Source: Eledone cirrhosa
Taxonomy: Eukaryota
Direction of reading: 5' to 3'
Assembly (NCBI GenBank): GCA_964016885.1
Contig: OZ024763.1
Location: forward strand, 29,698,001-29,762,000
DNA: 64,000 nt
The position numbers and the translations under genes are program-made. The notes under the pieces were generated by a model. It was not told the DNA's origin and searched no databases. It saw nothing but the letters and a program-made list of their open reading frames with translations. Below, one piece after another: positions 55,501 to 64,000 of this stretch. The first letter of the stretch is position 1, and each line of letters begins with the position of its first letter.

Positions 55501-55941
55501 GGCAGGGATCCCGCGAAAAAGATCTGTCCCAGATGCGTGCGCGACGAGGAAACCGTTGCGCATGCACTGGTACACTGCCCGGGCGTTGCCGATCTGTGGG
55601 GCTACGTCGAACGACTGCTGTCGCGTGTGGCGCCGATTCGATTAACCGCCGAGTCTGTGGTGAACATCAAGCCGCCTCCTCCCTTCAGAAATGAAGCAGA
55701 GGCGGTCTTTCTGTGCGTAATAGCCATGATGAAAGAGGTTGTGTGGTGGACGCGCCTGAAAGGTCTGAGGTCGGGTGACTTTCTCTCCGGCCATCACCTG
55801 CTTTACTTCTTCCGATACCACTTCGGAAGAAGAATCAGGATGGAGAGAGAAGTGCTTGGTCCCAGACAGTTTTATGAAAGGTGGGTGAAAGAAGCGAGAA
55901 TGGCCCGTGTAAATGGGCCTTCTCTCTACATTGTTCTGTAG
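52507..55941 (+). CDS. LINE ORF2: APE endonuclease + reverse transcriptase + C-terminal zinc finger
   Basis: LNARG, GDWN, YLDRF, SDH; SPGLDG, FRPITLLN, DQSKAFDRV, IRQGCPLS, YADD; CPRC..ETVAHALVHC; 1144 codons uninterrupted. Confidence 0.96.
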   Translation: MRVGCLNARGLGSAWKEAKLLSDLRSQSIDVMVVCESRISSVRQLAPAFDDFEMHASLCQPGGGGGGGVAVLLDKRLTLDVQIVHSDPGGRLLVLDVGGGEGGAFRLVGLYAPLGAERADFFQRLETFLGTSRSLLLVGDWNGILDARWDYAGACPDRGGCSSLKGLLDRFDLVDRFRLDCPTAPTWTWANRSGQSRSYLDRFLVRSKDRDVFSCPELIMVGYSDHKLVTCVVNLDRTHRQGPGYWKMNLSLPTKKDYRNRISSLVKMRLTGAIVNSRWWISLKREIRVSSIGYSKELAANRNRRERELTDKLEEAIRSGDVARVLATRTALSQFFDAKHEGCVVRSKIRALGNEGTKAVSWARVTEAKSGIKSTIRSLRDQDGRVILEPERMCETFQRHFARLFGGGGGPDGDVDFGPYLHGLPRLSSGEAECCEGPITATEIGEALSQCSRRKSPGLDGLPYELYLAMPVLFSELLEAVYCNWQQNGRIPCSVTKGVVTLVRKDESKGDDLSNFRPITLLNAELQILAKVLAKRLALVVGGLVGDAQTCAIPSRSIHDNLHLMRYIIERVGYEPGFGGALINLDQSKAFDRVDHGYLDAVLAAAGFGPVFRGWISAMHSGNIYSRIKVNGYLSEPFQITRSIRQGCPLSSLLYVLTLEPLLRKLELLRGIPLEPGLHKAVSAYADDVTVMVADASEIGAIATLLEEYERLTGAKLNQDKSVGLQLGTWRGKPMPLDGVVGRWTEGPVKLLGVWFGPDLQVEKNWGEVTSRVFALTQKWAKCKLSLKGRAEVTNAYIASVIYYRLTVVPCPKEKLTIMERMLFQFLWKKRPPMVRRSICCQHPSKGGLGMPWLLMRRHALRLRHLQVFLNGQPVWAPFVRRAFPQLVSLTELQSWVKQRPRKLGNWHTECAQALTAIWQADPTVSGESTSTFYRGLVASRGDDTLGESLGMEEDELASLFGRTFGPGPMDNFQRSLAWQCYRGALPVREKLYRHGRPGRDPAKKICPRCVRDEETVAHALVHCPGVADLWGYVERLLSRVAPIRLTAESVVNIKPPPPFRNEAEAVFLCVIAMMKEVVWWTRLKGLRSGDFLSGHHLLYFFRYHFGRRIRMEREVLGPRQFYERWVKEARMARVNGPSLYIVL

Positions 55942-56179
55942 GTGAAGAAGTGAAGAGGAAAGGGGGAGCGCCTCCTCTCTGGGCTTCCCCCGCGAAAAGA
56001 GTTGCACACTTTTCGGGGGTATGTGCAATCCCCAACACGCCCCCTCCCTTTTGAGGACTTTTTATTGTTATATTATTATTGTTATTCCTTTTTTCTTTAC
56101 TCGATTTATGTAAACTCCCCCACTGTGTAAATGTCCCCTTCTTTTGTGCCCTCGTGGCAAATAAATAGAAATTTATCTA

Positions 56180-56221
<42 letters not shown>

Positions 56222-56223
<2 letters not shown>

Positions 56224-59200
56224 AGTGTGTGAGTGTATGTATATGTGTGTGTGTCAGTGTGTATATTAGTGTATATATGAATGTGTTTGAGTGTGTGAGT
56301 GTATGTATATGTGTGGGTGTCAGTGTGTATATTAGTGTATATATGAATGTGTTTGAGTGTGTGAGTGTATGTATATGTGTGGGTGTGAGTGTGTATAATA
56401 GTGTATATATGAATGTGTTTGAGTGTGTGAGTGTGTGTGAGTGTGTATATTAGTGTATATATGGATGTGTTTGAGTGTGTGAGTGTATGTATATGTGAGT
56501 GTGTATAATAGTGTATATATGAATGTGTTTGAGTGTGTGAGTGTATGTATATGTGTGGGTGTGAGTGTGTATAATAGTGTATATATGAATGTGTTTGAGT
56601 GTGTGAGTGTATGTATATGTGTGTGTGTCAGTGTGTATATTAGTGTATATATGAATGTGTTTGAGTGTGTGAGTGTATGTATATGTGTGGGTGTGAGTGT
56701 GTATAATAGTGTATATATGAATGCGGTTGAGTGTATGTATATGTGTGTGTGAGTGTGTATATTAGTGTATATATGGATGTGTTTGAGTGTGTGAGTGTAT
56801 GTATATGTGAGTGTGTATATTAGTGTATATATGAATGTGTTTGAGTGTGTGAGTGTATGTATATATGTGTGTGTGAGTGTGTATAATAGTGTATATATGA
56901 ATGTGTTTGAGTGTGTGAGTGTATGTATATGTGTGGGTGTGAGTGTGTATAATAGTGTATATATGAATGTGTTTGAGTGTGTGAGTGTGTGTGAGTGTGT
57001 ATATTAGTGTATATATGGATGTGTTTGAGTGTGTGAGTGTATGTATATGTGTGTGTGAGTGTGTATATTAGTGTATATATGGATGTGTTTGAGTGTGTGA
57101 GTGTATGTATATGTGTGGGTGTGAGTGTGTATATTAGTGTATATATGGATGTGTTTGAGTGTGTGAGTGTATGTATATGTGTGTGTGTGAGTGTGTATAT
57201 TAGTGTATATATGGATGTGTTTGAGTGTGTGAGTGTATGTATATATGTGTGTGTGTGAGTGTGTATATTAGTGTATATATGAATGTGTTTGAGTGTGTGA
57301 GTGTATGTATATGTGTGGGTGTGAGTGTGTATAATAGTGTATATATGAATGTGTTTGAGTGTGTGAGTGTATGTATATATGTGTGTGTGAGTGTGTATAT
57401 TAGTGTATATATGGATGTGTTTGAGTGTGTGAGTGTATGTATATGTGTGGGTGTGAGTGTGTATAATAGTGTATATATGAATGTGTTTGAGTGTGTGAGT
57501 GTATGTATATATGTGTGTGTGAGTGTGTATATTAGTGTATATATGAATGTGTTTGAGTGTGTGAGTGTATGTATATGTGTGGGTGTGAGTGTGTATAATA
57601 GTGTATATATGAATGTGTTTGAGTGTGTGAGTGTATGTATATATGTGTGTGTGAGTGTGTATATTAGTGTATATATGAATGTGTTTGAGTGTGTGAGTGT
57701 ATGTATATGTGTGGGTGTGAGTGTGTATAATAGTGTATATATGAATGTGTTTGAGTGTGTGAGTGTGTGTGAGTGTGTATATTAGTGTATATATGGATGT
57801 GTTTGAGTGTGTGAGTGTATGTATATGTGAGTGTGTATATTAGTGTATATATGAATGTGTTTGAGTGTGTGAGTGTATGTATATATGTGTGTGAGTGTGT
57901 ATATTAGTGTATATATGAATGTGTTTGAGTGTGTGAGTGTATGTATATGTGTGTGTGTCAGTGTGTATATTAGTGTATATATGAATGTGTTTGAGTGTGT
58001 GAGTGTGTGTGAGTGTGTATATTAGTGTATATATGAATGTGTTTGAGTGTGTGAGTGTATGTATATGTGTGTGTGTCAGTGTGTATATTAGTGTATATAT
58101 GAATGTGTTTGAGTGTGTGAGTGTGTGTGAGTGTGTATATTAGTGTATATATGAATGTGTTTGAGTGTGTGAGTGTATGTATATATGTGTGTGTGAGTGT
58201 GTATATTAGTGTATATATAAATGTATTTGAGTGTGTGAGTGTATGTATATATGTGTGTGTGTGAGTGTGTATATTAGTGTATATATGGATGTGTTTGAGT
58301 GTGTGAGTGTATGTATAGGTGTGAGTGTGAGTGTGTATATTAGTGTATGTATGTATATGTGTGGGTGTGAGTGTGTATATTAGTGTATATATGAATGTGT
58401 TTGAGCGTGTGAGTGTATGTATATGTGTGTGTGAGTGTGTATATTAGTGTATATATGAATGTGTTTGAGTATGTGAGTGTATGTATATATGTGTGTGTGT
58501 GAGTGTGTATATTAGTGTATGTATGAATGTGTTTGAGTGTATGTATATGTGTGTGTGAGAGTGTGTATATTAGTGTATATATGAATGTGTTTGAGTGTGT
58601 GAGTGTATGTATATGTGTGTGTGTGAGTGTGTATATTAGTGTATATATAAATGCGTATGTATATGTGTGGGTGTGAGTGTGTATTTTAGTGTATATATGA
58701 ATGTGTTTGAGTGTGTCAGTGTATGTATATGTGTGTGTGTGTGAGTGTGTATATTAGTGTATATATGAATGTGTTTGAGTGTGTGAGTGTATGTATATGT
58801 GTGTGTGTGAGTGTGTATATTAGTGTATATATAAATGTGTATGTATATGTGTGGGTGTGAGTGTGTATTTTAGTGTATATATGAATGTTTTTGAGTGAGT
58901 GAGTGTATGTATATATGTGTGTATGAGTGTGTATATTAGTGTATATATGAATGTGTTTGAGTGTGTGAGTGTATGTGTATGTGTGTGTGTGTGTGAGTGT
59001 GTATATTAGTGTATATATGGATGTGTTTGAGTGTATGTGTGTATGTATATATGTGGGTGTGAGTGTGTGTATTAGTGTATATATGAATGTGTATGAGTCT
59101 GTGAGTGTATGTATATGTGTGTGTGTGTGAGTGTGTATATTAGTGTATATATGAATGTGTTTGAGTGTGTGAGTGTATGTATATGTGTGGGTGTGAGTGT

Positions 59201-60383
59201 GTATATTAGTGTATATATGAATGTGTTTGAGTGTGTGAGTGTATGTATATGTGTGTGTGAGTGTGTATATTAGTGTATATATGAATGCGGTTGAGTGTTG
59301 TATATGTGTGTGTGAGTGTGTATATTAGTGTATATATGAATGCGGTTGAGTGTTGTATATGTGTGTGTGAGTGTGTATATTAGTGTATATATGAATGTGT
59401 TTGAGCGTGTGAGTATGTATATGTGTGTGTGAGTGTATATTAGTGTATATATGAATGTGTTTGAGTGTGTGAGTGTATGTATATATGTGTGTGTGTGAGT
59501 GTGTATATTAGTGTATATATGAATGTGTTTGAGTGTATGTATATGTGTGTGTGAGAGTGTGTATATTTGTGTATATATGAATGTGTTTGAGTGTGTGAGT
59601 GTATGTATATGTGTGTGTGTGTGAGTGTGTATATTAGTGTATATATGAATGTGTTTGAGTGTGTGAGTGTATGTATATGTGTGTGTGTGAGTGTGTATAT
59701 TAGTGTATATATAAATGTGTATGTATATGTGTGGGTGTGAGTGTGTATTTTAGTGTATATATGAATGTTTTTGAGTGAGTGAGTGTATGTATATATGTGT
59801 GTATGAGTGTGTATATTAGTGTATATATGAATGTGTTTGAGTGTGTGAGTGTATGTATATGTGTGTGTGTGTGAGTGTGTATATTAGTGTATATATGGAT
59901 GTGTTTGAGTGTGTGTGTGTATGTATATATGTGGGTGTGAGTGTGTGTATTAGTGTATATATGAATGTGTATGAGTCTGTGGGTGTATGTATATGTGTGT
60001 GTGTGTGAGTGTGTATATTAGTCTATATATGAATGTGTTTGAATGTGTGAATGTATGTATATATGTGTGGGTGTGAGTGTGTATATTAGTGTATATATGA
60101 ATGTGTTTGAGTGTGTGAGTGTATGTATATATGTGGGTGCGACTGTGTATATTAGTGTATATGTGAATGTGTTTGAGTGTGTGAGTGTATGTATATGTGT
60201 GGGTGCCAGTGTGTATATTAGTGTATATCTGAATGTGTTTGAGTGTGTGAGTGTATGTATATATGTGTGTGTGAGTGTATATATTAGTGTATATATGAAT
60301 GTGTTTGACTGTGTGAGTGTATATATTAGTGTATATATGAATGTGTGTGAGTGTGTGAGTGTATGTATATATGTGTGTGTGTA
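56222..60383. repeat. Satellite/minisatellite array, ~66-bp unit, ~4.2 kb
   Basis: gtgagtgtgtatattagtgtatatatgaatgtgtttgagtgtgtgagtgtatgtatatgtgt repeated; 22-codon periodicity in the ORF track. Confidence 0.95.
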
Positions 60384-60670
60384 TGACTCTGTTCTTGTTT
60401 TAGTATTCTGTGATTCCATTCCAGAGATCAACGAATCGCAAAATGTTAATGAAACTAAAGACCCCACAGCCCAGCCCTCCCCACACGACCCCACCCTACA
60501 TCTACACGACCCCACCATTTCTACTAATATAGACAGATGGTTGATATAAACATCAACACAATAACCACTACCCTCTACACCCACACACACACACACACAC
60601 AGCCTTTCTCTACACAAAACCAGCATCTCCACCACCATCACAACCACCATCCCTCCCGTTTCAAATAATA

Positions 60671-60788
<118 letters not shown>

Positions 60789-60796
60789 TATATATA

Positions 60797-60914
<118 letters not shown>

Positions 60915-60922
60915 TATATATA

Positions 60923-60996
<74 letters not shown>

Positions 60997-61009
60997 TATA
61001 TATACGTTT

Positions 61010-61056
61010 ATTCCTGATGATTTCCTCCGAATGAAACAGTTCTAGTCCTGTGGAAT
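61010..61056 (+). ncRNA. Family G hammerhead motif with GUG at the cleavage triplet (predicted inactive)
   Basis: ATTC-CTGATGA-tTTCctccGAAt-GAAA-CAGttctagtcCTG-TG-GAAT. Confidence 0.7.
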
Positions 61057-61075
61057 CCATTTATATATCAAATAT

Positions 61076-61172
<97 letters not shown>

Positions 61173-61360
61173 CGTTTCTGAATTTGTTTAGCAAGATTCT
61201 TTATCTGAAAACGTTTGTTGGGAGGGTCATGTTGCCAATAAGAAACACACGAACCAGTCGCTTTCACTCCAATTTATTATAAATTAAATTCATAAATTTA
61301 AGAATTTATAAATTTCCGGTTGGTTGGTTGGTTCAACAACCAGACCATTGTTCATATATT

Positions 61361-61403
61361 GTCAAAGTTCTTTCGTCACACATTCTGTGACCTCTTCAGT
61401 GAC
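61361..61403 (-). ncRNA. Minimal type I hammerhead ribozyme motif
   Basis: Minus strand GTCA-CTGAAGA-g-GTCACA gaatg TGTGAC-GAAA-GaaC-TT-TGAC. Confidence 0.75.
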
Positions 61404-61451
61404 TGGGGATTCTTTTCTTTTCTTTTCTCTCTATATATATATATATTGTAA

Positions 61452-61655
61452 AGGTGCGTGTGGCTGATTGCTTAGAGAATTGAATTTGCAAACACAAGTT
61501 TGTTCGATTCCTGGACCGGGTGATGCGTTATGTCCTTCAGCAAGACACTTTATTTCACGTTGCTCCGTCTGCCTAGATTTACAACCGACATATAGTATTA
61601 ATATTTGAAAGACCAATGAAAACTTTGTTACCTAGGTCTGATTTGACGAGGTTCA
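61452..61655 (+). mobile_element. tRNA-derived SINE, family C (diverged)
   Basis: gtggctgattg, gttcgattcctggaccgg, tgtccttcagcaagacactttatttc. Confidence 0.8.
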
Positions 61656-61802
61656 CCCCACTCGTCAAGCGAATGATGTCAGGGATTTTGTCGATCGACA
61701 TAAGAGATTGCAGCATGAATGGACATGTTATTTTTATCTAAAGACATTTTTTTTCTGATTCCAGCCCGCCCGTCCCTTCAATCTATCTTATTTCGCATTC
61801 TT

Positions 61803-61838
61803 TCTTCTGATGAAGGACTAGCGTCCGAAACGTTAAGA
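61803..61838 (+). ncRNA. Minimal type I hammerhead ribozyme motif (family I)
   Basis: TCTT-CTGATGA-A-GGAC tagc GTCC-GAAA-CG-TT-AAGA; palindromic stem III AACGTT, as in PLE-associated minimal HHRs. Confidence 0.82.
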
Positions 61839-61931
61839 CACTCTTCCAGCTGTTTCAAGCGTTAAACTAATATATTCCTTCCTTATACTGCCCAATGTGT
61901 GGCTATTTTTGTTTACCTTTTACATACATAT

Positions 61932-61991
<60 letters not shown>

Positions 61992-62025
61992 ACAATTAGT
62001 CTTTTACCTTAGATTTATTTAAATG

Positions 62026-62104
<79 letters not shown>

Positions 62105-62119
62105 GGATTAAACTAGTTA

Positions 62120-62265
62120 AACTATTATTCAACAGAGTATTCGATACTTAGGATAGTAGAGTAGGACTGTATTAGAAACCGTCTGGGCTTGACAGCTGAG
62201 CTAGTTCCACGCTCTGGAACTGTCTGTCGAAACGGCAAGAGCTCATCCGTCGGGCCCTGAAAATA
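62120..62265 (-). mobile_element. Degenerate family A fold-back element
   Basis: cgatacttaggatagtagag...gtcgaaacggcaagagctcatccgtcggg. Confidence 0.65.
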
Positions 62266-62302
62266 TGTATACACATATACACACATATATATATATATAT
62301 AT

Positions 62303-62520
62303 AAGGCGTGTGGCTGAGTGGTTAGACAACTGGATTCGCAATCTTGAGGTTGTGAGTTCGATTCCTGGACCAAGCGAGGCGTTATGTCCTTGAGCAAGAC
62401 ACTTTATTTCATGTTGCTCCTTCTACCTGGAGTTGCGACTGAACGACAGATAGTATTAGCAATTGGAACGACCAATGGAAACATTGTTTCCTCGGTCCGA
62501 TTTGACGAAAGTCGATCGTT
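62303..62520 (+). mobile_element. tRNA-derived SINE, family C
   Basis: A box TGGCTGAGTGG, B box GTTCGATTCC, central tgtccttgagcaagacac domain. Confidence 0.88.
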
Positions 62521-62522
62521 AA

Positions 62523-62572
<50 letters not shown>

Positions 62573-62861
62573 AGATAAATCTGCATATGCATACCAATTC
62601 TGAATATGCATACCAATTCTAACACATATATGTCCTAGAAACGATCGTAAAATAATGAACTTTTTTTGTTTAATATAAGGAACTGTTTCTTTGTTTATTC
62701 ATTATTTTTTTTATAATTTATATATATATATATATATATATATACTTTTATTTATTTCCAAGCAGACACATGCGTTAGAAATTCGAAGCTATTATACATT
62801 CTTGTCTTGTTCCCGAAATCTTGGGCCCATCAGGCCAACAAAAGAAATAATCATTATGTGC

Positions 62862-63480
62862 ATTGGCAGTATTGGTAGAGGGATGGTAGCCATGCTTTGT
62901 AGCATAGAGTTATGTCCCATTACCTTCTGAGTTCAAATCCCGCCCAGGTTAACTTTGACATTCATCCTTAAGGTATCGATAAAATAAAGTACCAGTAATG
63001 TACAGGGGTTCATTTAATCGACTCACCCCCCCCCCACCCAAGTTACTGGCCTTGTGCCTATACTATTATTGGCAGTATCGCTAGAGCGTCGGACATCATG
63101 CTTTTCAGCACAGTGTTACGGCTCTTTACGTTCTGCTTTCAAATCACGCCGAAGTTAGCTTTGCCTTTCATCCTTACGGGGTCCATAAAATAAAGTACCA
63201 GTAATGTACTGGTGTCGATTCAATCGACCCCCCCCCCCAAAAAAAAAAAAATTACTGGCCTTGTTCCTAAACTAGAAATCATTATTGTTATTGTGGTGGA
63301 TTGGCAGTATCGGTAGAGGGTCGGACGCCATGCTTTCCAGCATAGTTACGTCCCTTTATGATCTGAGTTCAAATCCCGCCGAGGTTGACTTTGCCTTTCA
63401 TCCTTACGGGGTCGATAAAATAAAGTACCAGTAACACACTGGGTAATTTGCTGGCCTTGTGCCTAAAGTAGAAACAATTA
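62862..63480 (+). mobile_element. Three head-to-tail SINE family B copies
   Basis: Heads ttggcagtat at ~62863, ~63069 and ~63301, each followed by the B box, central domain and tail. Confidence 0.88.
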
Positions 63481-63654
63481 TTGTTATTATTATTTTATTG
63501 TTGCTAGTGTTTTTCTTGTTGTTGTTGTAGGAAGCGATCTCTTTTGCTTTTGTTTTGTAATTCATGAAACTTCGAATTGAAGAAAAGGTTTGTTAAGTGA
63601 TGGCGTTTACATCTGCCGTTTAACCTAGAATATATTAGCTCACTCAAACACACT

Positions 63655-63769
<115 letters not shown>

Positions 63770-63888
63770 ATATAAATATATATATGTGATTATAAATACA
63801 TATATACATATATGAATAAATATATATATAAATAAATATAAATTATAAATAAATAAATATAAATATATAAAAGTATATATGTAAATAA

Positions 63889-63934
<46 letters not shown>

Positions 63935-64000
63935 CACACAGATACACACGAATGCGGACATCTGTTTGTGTGCATGCATGATTGCATACATTTTGATTGA

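Larger units (their letters stand above)
50464..56173 (+). mobile_element. Apparently full-length L1-clade (Tx1-type) LINE
   Basis: ~200-nt 5' UTR, ORF1, ORF2, ~230-nt 3' UTR with AATAAA at 56160; (TATC)n on the left and tatctatcta on the right. Confidence 0.92.

Noticed and set aside
50602-56038. Antisense and alternative-frame ORFs within the Tx1 element
   Set aside because: Shadow ORFs of biased-composition coding sequence with no motifs.
61690-61765. Possible PLE endonuclease C-terminal relic (RLQHE...YLKTF) upstream of the HHR
   Set aside because: Too short and degenerate without a profile search.
62303-62375. tRNA gene
   Set aside because: A and B boxes are present but the acceptor stem is not convincing, and the sequence continues into a repeated SINE body.

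Overview
Gene-free, extremely microsatellite-rich eukaryotic DNA; the SINE families and simple-repeat landscape resemble octopus/cephalopod genomes (inference). I recognise no host protein-coding exon, and almost all ORF-track entries are translations of (TA)n/(CA)n/(GTA)n/(GGT)n repeats. Coding sequence is limited to retrotransposons: the 3' half of an R4/Dong-type LINE ending in (TAA)n (1-1890), an apparently full-length two-ORF L1/Tx1 element in a (TATC)n tract (~50464-56173), and fragments of Tx1, RTE and CRE-like LINEs. About 15 tRNA-derived SINE copies and several minisatellites are present, including a 4.2-kb array with a ~66-bp unit. The most notable signal lies in the short islands between (TA)n tracts: at least eight sequence families of 100-550 bp non-coding elements carrying type I hammerhead ribozyme (HHR) motifs or parts of them. 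Most fold back into palindromes with a family-fixed outer boundary and share a GAGYRCTCT-like motif ~45-55 nt from their 3' ends. They look like non-autonomous Penelope-like (PLE)/retrozyme-type elements targeting (TA)n. All structures were read by eye; no folding program or database search was run.
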